Below, piece after piece: positions 28,186 through 41,700 of a DNA stretch of 64,000 nucleotides (position 1 is its first letter; each line of letters opens with the position of its first letter). This DNA is from Octopus vulgaris (taxonomy: Eukaryota), in the NCBI GenBank assembly GCA_951406725.2, contig OX597832.1, positions 15,624,001 to 15,688,000 on the forward strand, given 5' to 3'. Under the pieces are notes generated by a model. That model did not search any database. It saw only the letters and a program-made list of their open reading frames with translations, and had not been told where the DNA came from. The position numbers and the translations under genes were made by a program.

Positions 28186-28494
28186 GACCATGGGATTGCA
28201 CCTAGAAAGTTACCCTCCTAGACACAAGTCCGGACAAGGTTGTTTATGGAAGGCCAGCAGTCGCCCATGCATACCAGCCTCCCCTCTCCTCGCCACCAGT
28301 GTTATCCAAGGGAAAGACAAAGGTCGATACAGCTTGGCACGAGTGACGTCGCAACTCATTTCTACAGTTGAGTGAACTGGAGGAACGTGAAATAAAGTGC
28401 CTTGCTCAAGAACACAACACGCAGCCCGGTCCGGGATTCGAGCTCACAACCTCATGATCGTAAGCTCGACGCTCTAACCACTGAGCCATGCGCA
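28186..28494 (-). mobile_element. SINE family B copy
   Basis: Reverse complement of 7097-7410. Head gcgcatggctcagtggttagagcgtcgagcttacgatc. Confidence 0.9.
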
Positions 28495-28639
28495 CATATA
28501 TATATATATATTTATATATATATACACATATATATATATATATATACACGATCTCTCTCTCTCTCTCTCTCTATTTCTCTCTCACACACACATATATGTA
28601 TATATATTTTTACTTTGATATTTGCTGACAACACATCTC

Positions 28640-29160
28640 CTTAATCTGACGAATCCTCCTTAAGATTCTTGAAGCTGGTACATTTCTGCTGACCATGATT
28701 TCTAGTTTCAATTCCGATCTCTATCAGTTTTTGTTTTTTCGTGGCATTTTCCGTTTATGACAAGTGCACCACTTACTACATGAACAACCATTGTCTTGGC
28801 TTTCCATCCCCTTAATTCTCTGACAACAGCCTTGTATTTCTCAATGATCTTATTTCTGTAGTATCAACTCTGTGATAAAAAGGAATTTCAAAATATATGA
28901 CCCTATACTTTTGGTATATATTGTCGTCTATGACATGTGGCCTTCTTGCTTCAATATTATGACCGGTCTATTTGGGGAGATCCGACAAGATCTCGTGATT
29001 CTCATTTTCTATTGACTTTATGCCATTTTTCTGTGGTATTGCAGCCACACACTTAGCTAACATCCAAATTTCCTCTATTCCTTACATAGTCCTATACGTA
29101 CTTATACTACATTTGTGCTAGTATACTGATGGTGAGGAATAATGTTCCTTTCCTGCAGAT
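28640..29160 (-). pseudogene. Decayed RLE endonuclease region of an R4/Dong-like non-LTR retrotransposon
   Basis: Minus strand: ENENHEILSD...TGHNIEARRPHV...KIIEKYKAVVREL.GWKAKTMVVHVVSGAL, matching E....ILWD..IQTD..I.ARRPD...KY..L.REL...W...V.P.VVGALG. Confidence 0.75.
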
Positions 29161-29608
29161 TGTGTACTTGTATGTATAAGAGAAATTACCTTACATACTA
29201 ATTAGCTTTCAATGAGAATTAATGTATATTTCGAATTTCTATATTCCGAAACTCACAATTCTTATCTAAATGCCTTTCAGTAGTACCAATTTTTGAAGCA
29301 TTTTAAAACCGCAATACATAATCAAACATTAGATAATTGCAGCCGTGTATAATTGTAATGGAATTGAATAACGCTTGTAACATAAATGTCAGGGGGAAAA
29401 TTAATTATGAGACATCTGTACGATATAAACAGTGCGGGATTATTGAATCTTCTATTATAAATTACGACAGTAAATGTACAAGAATAATTATAAAAGATAT
29501 CATCATTTTAGTAATTATAATTATTAAATATAATTTTGTGAAATGTGATTATATTTATTTCAATTTCCATTATATTTACTGATAATTGTAGCAAATAAAT
29601 ATTTATAT

Positions 29609-29671
<63 letters not shown>

Positions 29672-30094
29672 TTAATTCTGAGAGGCGGACTATCAGAATT
29701 GTTAGAAGATTGCGTAATAATAATTGCGTTATTAAGTCTGGTACATTTAGTGCATGTCAAAATATTTCAGCTTTCAAATTCGGTCTAAATCGCAAACGTC
29801 TTTGATTCATTCGATGGGGATATAAGGCAACACCTTCCAATTTGTTGCACCGGATGTGACTCGCCACAGGCATGCATGTAAATGAAGACCTAGAATTTTA
29901 TTTTTCTACTAAAGTCGATATCTTATGTGTTATTGTAACTTTTTGAGTTGCACATTTCACATTGTTAGGACCGAAGCTTCTTACATTCTCCAGCTTTGTC
30001 TCTGTTCGTCTAATTCTTATATCCTCGAGTCTTTAGCTGAGGTGTCTCAGTTCCTCTGTCATATCACCTCTTTATTATTATTTTTATTATCATT

Positions 30095-30443
30095 TAGTTA
30101 TCGCCATACTAATATGGCATTCTTATAAAAATAAGAAAAAGATGTCCGCTTATTAGCTCCATGAGGCCATCGCCTTAAGTTAGCTATTTGATACACAAAC
30201 TGTATCCATATAACCTTCGAACAAGGGAGGTCAGTCGCTCCACACTACTTGACCGGCAGCTACAGACGCGTCTGTAGCTGCCGGTCAAGTAGTGTGGAGC
30301 GACTGACCTCCCTTGTTCGAAGGTTATATGGATACAGTTTGTGTATCAAATAGCTAACTTAAGGCGATGGCCTCATGGAGCTAATAAGCGGACAGCTTTT
30401 TTCTTATTTTTATAAGAATGCCATATTAGTATGGTGATAACTA
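30095..30443. repeat. Spacer-less long palindrome (arms ~174 bp)
   Basis: Centre tacagacg|cgtctgta at 30268/30269. By eye the arms differ by two substitutions and one indel. Confidence 0.97.
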
Positions 30444-30504
30444 TTATTTTCCGGGAACGCTGCCGCTGTTCTCTTTTAGAGAGACTTAGTTATTTTAATA
30501 TTTC

Positions 30505-30566
<62 letters not shown>

Positions 30567-30939
30567 TCATCAGTAAGAAGTAGCGGTCGACGAATTTGTT
30601 GATATTATCCTTCCTAATATAGGTCGTTATGATATTCTGTATATAACTATAAAACAAATTTTGTGGATGTAAATGTTTCAATATTGTTCAACACGATTAT
30701 TATTAATACTAATAGATACGCAAAAATATTTTACCGTCCAGCAAAATGTATGAGTAACTACCCATTGGAAGACTTCACACAATGCTTAACAACAGACTAT
30801 CGTCACAGATGAAAGATTCAGGTCGTGGCGGTTAGCCTCCAACTGGAACTTCACTGAGTGCTAATACGGTATCTGCCCGGATAATATATATTGTCTGTGT
30901 GTGGATTTTGTCTAGTAATGTATTCGTTTTTTTCTTCTT

Positions 30940-31072
30940 CTACTCTTGGCACAAGGCCCGATAATTTGGGGGAGGGTGTCAGTCGATTAGATCGATCCCA
31001 GTACGCGAATGGTAGTAAATTTATCGACCCCAAAACGATGAAAGGCAAAGTCGACCTGGCCGGAATTTGAGT
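30940..31072 (-). mobile_element. SINE family A fragment
   Basis: ggcacaaggcccgataatttgggg...gatgaaaggcaaagtcgacctggccggaatttgag. Confidence 0.8.
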
Positions 31073-32098
31073 CTAGCTGTCAATTCTGTCTAGGTAAGAT
31101 CATCGTAAGAAAACTTAATTCATTTCATTAAATGTATCTAAGAAAGAACGAGACTTCAACTGGCAACACCGTCTGAAATTTAACAAGATTCTCTGAAGAG
31201 TGGGTTCACAATAAGGTCAACAGATGATAGCGTTTCACTGATTCCGCTTTGCAGCATTCCCTGTCTAACGGATGGGCTGAATTTTAAAACTCTCTGGACA
31301 CGTACACTTTCTCTACCAGGTGTAAACGGTGAAGACAAAAAAACGCTTGAATTTTCACATTTCTAGATGGCTTGAATAAAATAAACAACACGTGGATTCG
31401 AAGGACCTATTTAGCAGCAGACCGGACCACTCGACAAGGGTAGAGCAAATTAAAGCTAATTTTAAATGTTTATGTGTTTATGTGTGTGAATTCACACAGG
31501 CTGTCTTTAAAAGGAAAATTGACAGCTAAGCTAGAGCACCACCTGCTTCACAATGTGCCATCGACAACAACTCGTTATGAGATAAATAAATCAAAATACC
31601 TTGGCCGAGTTGCATTTGTTTATACCTTCTATTTCCCTATTATGTTTGGTAAGCGGAAGGAACCAATGGCTGAATAAAATATCGAGATATCCTCGAATGT
31701 ATCCTCTTTCGCTATTTCTTCCAATTTCCGTGCAGATTTACGGTCAAGATATTGCAAATGAGTCTTAGAACTTAGAACTTAGTTTTGGCAGCCATAACAC
31801 AGAATCCTTAGCGCAGCCGGTTTTCTTTAACTAAGAGTCCAATTTGACCGTTACTATCCACCTATCTTACAAATATATAGTAGCGTTAGTACAGCAATAT
31901 GGTGAAGTGCTTGCTGTTCAGATTTGCTAGGAAGAGCACAAACGTGGTGTTGAAAACTTAGACTCACTGCAGAATGACCTGACCTTAATGAAACATGACA
32001 TTTATTGAAGTTTAAAAAAGTGATTTTAAAATCTCAAACGCAGGATAATGCGAATAGTATAGCCTGAACAGGTTAAGATACCCCTATTTTGCAGAAAG

Positions 32099-32165
32099 TA
32101 AGACTCGAACTCACAACTCAGTGATTACGCGTCGCGGTGCTCTGAACCATTAAGCTAAACCGCCC
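32099..32165 (-). tRNA. tRNA-Thr(CGT)-like pseudogene, 3' acceptor strand lost
   Basis: Minus: GGGCGGTTTAGCTTAATGGTTCAGAGCACCGCGA-CGCGTAA-TCACTGAGTTGTGAGTTCGAGTCT, with A-box, B-box and CGT in a 7-nt loop. Confidence 0.6.
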
Positions 32166-32387
32166 ACACCATAAATCCTTCCACAAATTTAAGATGTATA
32201 GAAATCTCGCTTTACGAGACGCTATTATACGTTAAATTCAAATTACGATGAACGTAAAGAAACATATCAAGTTTGATTTAGAAGCGTTGAGATGTCTTAG
32301 AAAGTGAAAGAAGTGATTTTAAATTCTGAAACGCAGGATAATGCTAAGAATATAACCTACTCCTATTTTGTAGAAAAAAGTTCTGAC

Positions 32388-32463
32388 GGCCGGCTATGAG
32401 ACTCGAACTCACACTTCCTTGATTACGCGTCGCGGTGCTCTGAACCATTAAGCTCCGGCTGCC
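32388..32463 (-). tRNA. tRNA-Thr(CGT)-like gene/pseudogene followed by a T-run
   Basis: Minus: GGCAGCCGGAGCTTAATGGTTCAGAGCACCGCGACGCGTAATCAAGGAAGTGTGAGTTCGAGTCTCATAGCCGGCC then gtcagaacTTTTTT (Pol III terminator-like). Anticodon stem is imperfect. Confidence 0.6.
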
Positions 32464-32834
32464 AACATTTTTTTTTCTGCAAAATAGGTGTAGCTTATCC
32501 TGTGCAGGCTATATTATTAGCAGTATCCTGCGTTCTAGAATTTGAAATCACTTCTTTAACTTTCTAAGACATCTGAACGCTTCTAAATCAAACCACGTTT
32601 GTTTGTTTACGTCATATTAAAGCATATATGGTTTGTTTTGGAACAAATTAATCCCAGAAACAAATTAAGCCGGTTTTACTTGACGAATTCTCGAAGTCCC
32701 TAAAGCAACGAGTAGAGGTCAGTTCCTAGACGTGTTAATATACCAACTTTGGGCCAGCGACGTATTAAGTACTGAAACTTCACTTGAATAAATATGTTCT
32801 ATTATTCCGTCCAACTACTGTACATATATGTCTA

Positions 32835-32911
<77 letters not shown>

Positions 32912-34508
32912 TGTTTTTTAAAAATATTCTTTTATTTCATACAACTTATTTAAGCTTTTTCCTTACAAAATATATTTTGTTCTTAAAATTAAAGTAAAAT
33001 TGTGATAACTTCATTAACGTTTACAACATATGACGTTTTGTGTCATAGGGATAAGTGGTAATAATGACCTGGAATCATTAATTTTACATTTAATTATGGC
33101 AGTCAAAATAGAATAATGGGATCGAAACTGCAACTCAAAAATGTACGACCCATTCGAAATTTTTAGTGAAAGATAACTTGGACAGTTATAAATTAGCTCG
33201 ATGTGTATATATGTGCATAATTGTGTAAGAAAAAAAACACCTTCATATATAGATACATCACTTTTAAAAATAGAACAATAAAAGTTAAGTTTATAGGAGG
33301 AATGAAACACATTCATACTACTATTCATATATATATGTATTATATATATACTTATATTTATATACGCTAAATTATACATATGTAGAGAATAAATTATTCA
33401 TTGATATTTAAAGATTTATATGATAAAATGAATTGTAGATAGGTATGCTGACAGAAAGTCAGAAAGATAAATTCACCAGGCAGCTACAGCGATAGATAGA
33501 GCGATGGGTAGACAAGATCTGTCAGCATACTTGTCTACCTGTGTGAAGTTGTGTACGCGTTAGACTGTATGTGTGAATTAAACTTCCCGTGTGTCTATGC
33601 ATTTCTAGATATTTTTTTTTCTATCTATACGTATATGTTTTTTTCCTGCCATTATAGTGTATATTTTATATTTAAAAACTACAATTCCTAAGTGCTTTCT
33701 AAAATTGCTGTATTGAAACTAATGGAATACATAATTTCATTTACATAATAAACAATGCTTTCTAAATTTTACCGGAACAAAATATCGTTATGGAGGTGAT
33801 AATATGATAATATATATATATATACCCCTGTGCGTTTGAGTGCGTGTCTACGTGTGTGGGTGTATGTAGGTGTGTGCTTGTGCTTATACATTTCTTGCGT
33901 TAAATATTTTCCACCTTATATACTTTCTATTTTTATTCTCGCTTTATTTATGTTATTGCTTTCGAAACCACTCACGAAATAATATTTTTGTAAGTATTTG
34001 AATTGTTTCTCGGTATGTAACGGCCACAATAATTTATGCGGTACGATGAAGAATCATATGTGTATTTTCAAGAGAATTAATACACGTTTTTATTTTTACA
34101 AGATACCTGTATGTGCAATAAATAATATAACCTGTTCGAATATTTTGTACGCATATCTAGAGTTTATATCTCATGTCAGCGAGAGAATAATACAATAGTT
34201 TGAATTACATAAGTGCCATATAGGTAAGTTAAACGAAGCAATAGAAAATCCAGTTAAACTTTGCGTTATAAGATGTAATTTATGTTTCATATGCTTTTCG
34301 TTGTTTTAGTTGGTTTCGGTTCTCTAAATATTTATATCGTGATATTATTTACGTGATTTGATACAATTTACTAATACATCTCCATCTACATGCATTCAGG
34401 CATAAACGTACAGCATACATATATTGGCGTTCACACACTCACGTAGATATACACACATACACATATACACATATACATATATAGATATATACATATATAT
34501 ATTCAAAG

Positions 34509-34574
<66 letters not shown>

Positions 34575-35699
34575 TATATAGAGAGAGAGACAGACAGACA
34601 GACAGACGGACGAACAGTGTTCATATAAAATAACTCATAATACATTATACATTACATCCAAAAAGTTGCAATATCAGCAAAACCAGTAATACTTACTCAG
34701 CAGCGAGAATCAATGACGAATACTATTTTCTATTTGATAGAACACGAAATCCGAGACGCATTCGACAACTTTATATTTGTTGATATCGCATTCATATAAA
34801 GGGACTGTAGGTATGTTCTAATATATAAGACAATATGCTACATAATAAAAGAAACAGAAAGCAATGCCAAACTGAAGAAAATTACACAAATATGATGAAT
34901 AGGCGTATGAATGACAATATTAAACTACTTTGCAACTCACGTATAATGTATACATATAAATTTGACATGGGCGATTCCGTCTTGTCTTGGGATTCACGGT
35001 CAAACGGCTGGGTGGAGTTCCGCGAACAATTATATAGATGTGTAGAATTATGCGGTGGTGAGTCTGGGCTTTGTATGTTTTTCATAGCTCCCATGGTTGC
35101 CGAGATAATCTAATATCATACTCTTGTGTTTATGAATGAGAAAGGGAAGGGTAATAGATGAATAAGGAAGGATGGGGTGATGTCATACTTGGTAGTGGGA
35201 TGATGAAGGTTGTACACTGAACAAATAAATCAAACAGCATTTCAACTCTGTGTATATATAAAAGGTTGTATGTGAAGTGGGGTATGGGGATGTCTGTCTG
35301 AGCGCGGTTTTGTGTGTGTGAGCGTGTGTTCTCGTGTGCGCACGCAATGGAAGTGGAACTGTAAATCTTTGTTCGCTTACTATTTGGGTTTATTCTCTGA
35401 TTTAGTTGAATCTTGGTTGTTTATTTTTGTTGTTGTTGGTCAGTTATTTTAAGCACTTCGTCAGAAAAAAGACCTCATTCTAAAATTGTTTTTTTTTTAA
35501 GTAAGCGCGTCCAAAGAAGACCAATGATTACACAGAGCAGATTTTACAGCCACAACATCCAAACCTACTGGATGAAACAGGGCTTAGCTGTGAATAGTAT
35601 ATAAATGTATGATTGTTTCAAATGCAGATTGACAAGTATTTCTAGTATAAACATAAAGCATCCTACTGTGTAACGCTTCATACCTCGGCCATTAATGAA

Positions 35700-36480
35700 C
35701 TTGTGTCGCTTTTCTAATTTTGATTGATGATAACATTGAAATATTTAGCTCTTCCTCCATTCAAATCATTGGACATGGAGGTATATATTCCGTGGTTCTT
35801 TTTCTTTAACGCTGATTTTCAACTAGATTAGCTCTGTTAACTCAAGGAATGCATTCCAACTTAGTCTAGTGTAGCAGCGATGCCATGGGACCACATTATA
35901 GAATAAAAGATTTTGGAAAACGTTTGAGTGTGATATAATGGATATCCAGCGCCTTGTTGGAGTTTCTTGAATTTGGGATCTCCTATAGAATCAATCGTTT
36001 ACTTCTGTAACAGTGAATAATCATTCACCATGTTTAAGTTACCAGTTGTTTTAAAGTAAATTACTGCCGTGTAGATATTGCGTAGCTAGTGTATTAATAG
36101 CAAATAGTAGAAAACTAATATTCATCACCATATAAGCTAGTGAATGCATAGACACTCTATATCGGCGGTGAGCGTAACAGAGAATTTCAAAGAGAATAAT
36201 ACACAATGAGTCCCAAATTCAATGAGATCCATATGATTTTCCACTCTTTTCTGTTCGATAAATGATCTAAAATCTGAATAGTACCGTCAGTTCTTTTCAC
36301 TCATGCACTTTCTTAATTTCTGTCTTGCATTCTTTCTCTTAACTTATCATCTTTTGACAACTCTATGTTGATTCATCCTGTCACTTACATTACAAGATTC
36401 TATGGGTGAAGTATTGACGGTTGTTTGTACAGTTTGCTCATGATGAGGTGTTCAACAGTTCAAATGACTGAATGCATATC
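35700..36480 (-). mobile_element. Possible very old Tc1-like transposase relic
   Basis: Faint similarity to FSDEKKWNLDGPDG and VMVWG motifs on the minus strand. All frames are broken. Confidence 0.25.
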
Positions 36481-36564
36481 AGTGTATTGTCTAAAGAAAT
36501 CAGTACACATGTCAAGTCATACTGATTTTTAAATTATCGTAGGTTTTTACAAATTGGAACATAT

Positions 36565-36617
<53 letters not shown>

Positions 36618-36651
36618 AGTATATATATGTATGTATACAGATATTTATATA

Positions 36652-36694
<43 letters not shown>

Positions 36695-36789
36695 TTCTCT
36701 TTCTCCCCCTCTCTCTCTCACTTTATCATTTTATTTTATTCATTTAGTTTTACATATTTACACTTTTGTCCCCTTCAAAGCAATAAAAC

Positions 36790-37578
36790 AATATATCGGG
36801 TGCAGACGCGTTTTCCAATGCCGGATATCTTATAAAGAGATGCGTTTTAACGTTTCCGTTGTTTTTCCCTTCACCTTTTCAACGTCTACAAATTCCGTAG
36901 CACCAACTTTTGTCGACGGTGATGAGATTCGAAAGAATTTTCTGATAAATTTCCAGCTCTCCTTTCCGTTCATGCCACGATTTCAGCTGCTTTCGATCTT
37001 CCGTCAGCAATCAAGGACAATTTCTGATGCAACTCCTTTCATTCGCAATCCCTCGCACAAAATTCTTTGACGGGTGCTCCAGCTCACGTCAGTCATTTCA
37101 ACATCTACCTCATTGTTTCAGCGATAGCCCTTCAAAATCATTCCATGTAATTTCATTATATTTTCTTTCTTTCGTGTGGTTGACGGCCGTCCAGAACGAG
37201 GTTCGTATTCAAGAAATAATTGGCCATTTCCAAAGCGAGAACAGCACCCGGAAACTTGTGTTCTACTCATGGCAACATGTTTGTAAGCTGTTAAAATCAT
37301 AGCAACTATTTCAGCTACTGTTTCCGCTAGCAGATAACAGAATTTCACACGGAGGCAGGCATTTCCTTCGTTTCCGCCGTCACAAAAATCGAAAAGCAAT
37401 GGAGGAGGACTGCTAATCAACGATCTGCCATGTGGCAATAATACCACACGCGACGATACTGGTCGGCATACTTATGACTGAGGGTTGCATGAAATGAGTT
37501 CTAGCGGTGGAAGCCATAAATTACAATGGGTTTGTCCCAGAGCGGACGTTCTTATTTACATTTGTGTAATCCCTCGTG
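36790..37578 (-). mobile_element. Decayed mariner transposon, 5' half
   Basis: RVKFCYLLAETVAEIVAMILTAYK..MSRTQV...RFGNG..LEYEPRSGRPSTTRKKEN...VSWST.QRIL.E.LRMK.VA. TIR-like start cacgagggattacac. Confidence 0.85.
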
Positions 37579-39662
37579 CACACACATACATAGACACACA
37601 CGCACAATGTTTTAGTATTTCTCTTCCTTAGTAGCGGGTCAAATACAATAATTTCATAAATGTAACCTTATCGAATTACAAATCAGTTGTATTAATATCT
37701 TAACTATGAACCTTTGATGATTAGCAAATTAACGGAGACGAACATCCTGGGTCGTTACACAGTCAGGCAAAAACTTTAGAACACCAAACAAAATAATTCC
37801 AAAATCATTCAGATACAATGAAATGATATATCAGTTTCGGATCTCTTATCTTTTGGATTTTAATTAATCTAACATCGCTTCTCCATTCCATATTTCAGAG
37901 AACTGAAACAAGTTTAGCAGTCCACGACAAGTATTACTGACTCTCTAACTCCATCTCTCCATAATTGCATCGGCCTTCAGTAAGGAATTAGTTGAAATCA
38001 CAAAATGTTATGCACCTGATTAAATTTGGACCCATCTGTAGTAGATTACACAACTAAAATAAATATAAATACAAAAACTTTATTTTGTGTCTGTTTAGCG
38101 TCTGTATAACATTTTCGTTTCACTTAAAATGATTCTAAAACACATCAAACTTGTCTTAGTTTATTCATTCTATTTTTTTATTTTACTGATAATGTGCCAT
38201 ATAAGTTTCATACTTTTACAGTAGAAAGCACAGACAGACTCTTCAATGTTCCACTCAAGTTGTTAACATTATTATACACTTCAACATAATCACTTCCCAA
38301 TATCACGTAAATCTATCTAGCCAACCAAAGAAATGATAAAATAAAATGATTGCTCTCAAATATTTGCATTTAATTTTATTGTTTTTCTTAGTTATTTCTC
38401 GCATTATTTCTTTCATTCAGCTGTATTTAAAGAATGTGATAAATTTACATATATCGTTTTTGCACTTAATTTAGTTCACTTCATCGGGTAATCAATCATA
38501 GCTAAACATTCAAGGAGTGATAAAAAAGTGAAATTAAAGAAATAAAGACTTTTTATTCGCTTGCCGTTTAAATGGATGTTTTACTGTCTTTTCCTTGATT
38601 GGTGATATTGCAACTAGCGTGAAGACTACTCCTATACAATTTTTCACAGTTTGTTTTATTTCATTTCTATTTAATTACGGAGATTCTTGGGATTGATAGT
38701 CAATGTTTCACTGATGTTCGTGTGTTGTATTTGTTATAGCTTATCCTTTGTTGTGTTTTTGCTAGTCCTGCCGCATACGTTACCATTTGTTCTGTTTTCT
38801 TTTACAGCCTGTAAGCTTTGAAGGTATTACTGTCACATAATTTTTGCATCCTATTGGCAGGTATTGGTTATGTTGTGAGTAATGAATCGTGATTTATTTT
38901 CCTATTGTGTTTTGATTGTGTTTTGAAGTTAATTGCATTGTCTCAATCAGTATGGCTTTTTTGTATATTTTCGTGTTTCTTTTGAAGTGGTTTCCTTCAT
39001 TGCTCTTTATGTATTTTGCTTTCTCTCCTTCTCCGTTATAACAAGCAAAGCTATAAATCAAATTCTGGAATGTCTTAGAAGAGTAGCCAAATGTTCTACT
39101 CCACTTACAAAAATATTAAATAATATATTATGTTGCTTATATATAACGTAAAGAAATATATATTGTCCATGTAAATCTATATTACGAAATATATAGAAAT
39201 GTATTTTTTATTTGAAACATTTCTATTGATATAGTATACATTACGTGAGAGAAAAGAGCACAAATCAGCTTCGTCTATTCTCCCTACAAACAAACCTATC
39301 CAAATATTCGATGATGAATTTTTGTAGAATCCACAATATACATATGAATGTGTAATTCTATTATAGTAATATATGTGTGTGTTTATGTGTGTGTGTGTGT
39401 GTGTATGTGTGTCTATGCGTATATATATGATGTCATGTACGTTTATTTTAAACAATAAAGATTGTTAAGTGTGAAGGATATTGACATCCAATAAAGATTA
39501 CCACATTTTTGGAAGGGTCTGTAATTGCTAATATACAAACATGTAGGCAGCTTGTGTACCGCAATGTTTTTTAAACCTGGAAAATCAAAATATAATTAGT
39601 TCACACGAATTCATTAGCATAAACAATTGCCACTAATGTAGAAATACTAATTTCATATTATT

Positions 39663-40059
39663 TTCTAGTCTAGGCACAAGACCCAAAATTTGGGAGAAGG
39701 GGGGGCTATTGATAAGATCGGCCCCCAATACGCAACTGGTACTTAATTTATATACCCCGAAAGGATGAAAGGCAAAGTCTACCTCGGTGGAATTTGAACG
39801 CAGAACGCAAAGACAGACAAAATACCTATTTCTTTACTACCCACAAGGAGCTAAACACAGAGGGGACAAACAAGGACAGACAAATGGATTAAGTCGATTA
39901 TATCGACCCCAGTGCGAAATTGGTATTTATTTAATCGACCCTGAAAGGATGAAAGGCAAAGTCAACCTCGACGGAATTTGAACTGAGAACGTAAAGACAG
40001 ACAAAATACCGCTAAGTATTTCGCCTGGCGTGCTAACGTTTCTGACAGGTTGCTGCCTT
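39663..40059 (-). mobile_element. SINE family A, dimeric
   Basis: Two tandem bodies (ccccgaaaggatgaaaggcaaagtc..ggaatttgaac) with the same internal junction as 1509-1921. Confidence 0.9.
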
Positions 40060-40534
40060 ATTATAATTATGTATTACAAATATACTATATTAGGTAAATC
40101 AAAATTAAGAACAAAACTACAGTACAATCGTAAACTATAGAACTAAAATATCATTGGTAAACCTGAAATAGTAAGGCTAACGTATAATTCTCATGAAACG
40201 TGGTATATTAACTGATACACGTACTAAGTGAATAAGATATAAGTAAAATGAGAATAACTTTAAAACCAAGCAAAATCAATAAAAAAGAACAATAAAAATG
40301 AAAATGAATATGGAAGCATAAAGAAAGCCATGGAGGATAAATAAAATAGTTATCTTCTCATCATAATATACAGCGAGAAAACTAGAGTAAGATAAATCTG
40401 TAATTGTAGCCAATAATGATATTGGCAATTACCTTAAATGTGTTGTGTCTGGAGAGAGTAATTTTGGTTTTGTGCCTTGTAATATAACACACTCACCGGT
40501 AAAATTTCCACTTTTTTCTTAGTTTTATTTTCCC

Positions 40535-40568
40535 AAAATTTTCGTTGCGTTTTGCAACCTTTTCAATA
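40535..40568 (-). ncRNA. Variant minimal hammerhead-ribozyme-like motif (Penelope-type)
   Basis: Minus: taTTGAAAAG-GTTGC-aaaac-GCAAC-GAAA-atttt. Perfect 5-bp stem II and a palindromic AAATTT; the core deviates from CUGANGA. Confidence 0.35.
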
Positions 40569-41700
40569 TGCATACTTTTTCAATAGTTTTGACACAGCAT
40601 AATATGCTTCAACACACGATCTCATATAAAGAATCTTGCAAACCAAATCCAAAAACGAAATTTAAATATGTTGTTATCTCGAAACTTTTGTGTTGAGTAG
40701 GTGCACAGTTGTTATATAATTCTCAAATGATTAATTTACAAAGAAATTATCTCTATTTTTCAAAAAATATATCATAGCACTAGCTCGTTTCTTTCATTAA
40801 GGATATTATACTCCGCTCTAATTATTAATAATGACTTCTAGGCAAACTTCACAATGTGTTCTCCCTAAATTGTAAATTTCTTTACTGCTCAGTATTCACC
40901 ATTCAGTATCATAATCTTATTACGTGAGTTATCTTTCAGATCCCGAACAAGCATTTCGAGATTGGAAATAGGCTGCGCAACAGCTTATATAATAGGAAAT
41001 AGCATTTTCTGTAACAACTAAGTATAAGTAGGCATTCTTCATCTACCGGCTACTTATTAGGGGTCCTTCACTATAATATTATGACAAGCAGATAACCATT
41101 TTATTTTCCACATATTGCATTCCTTGTATTTCCAGTTTTATTTTTTCATTTTATTTTTATTATTTACGATTTTCATTGAGTGAGTTTGTTATTGATTTTT
41201 TTTTCATCTTCTTCACATTTATCATGTCTCATTAACTCTGGACACAGTGTAAGAAAAATATATTTGCCAACCTTAGTGTCGTAATTTAGATATCTATTCT
41301 AGTTTTAGTCTTATAGTTGCTTTACCTGTTCCAGTTAAGGCAGAGTCTTTAATTACTACTTTTTCGTACCATTTATGTAAACTATTTACACTTACAAGAT
41401 TTGCTTGAAAATAAATACCTTTTGATTCATTTCTTCAAAGAATACCAGATAAGCCACATATAGCTGCATACATCTCAGTCAACAAGAAGACCCTACTGGA
41501 ATGAACAAATCTACAAAAAATCTAGACTGAAAAAAAAAAAGGATGTAGTTAATCCTATCAGGTCGTGCCCTTATGTTACAGATAGCCTGGTCCAATCTTT
41601 GGTCCAACATATCTAGTATATGTAGGCGTATGTGTATGGGTGTGTGCATGCTCGTGTGTGTGTATGTGTGTGAGTATTTGGAGATTTCGATCACTCCTTT

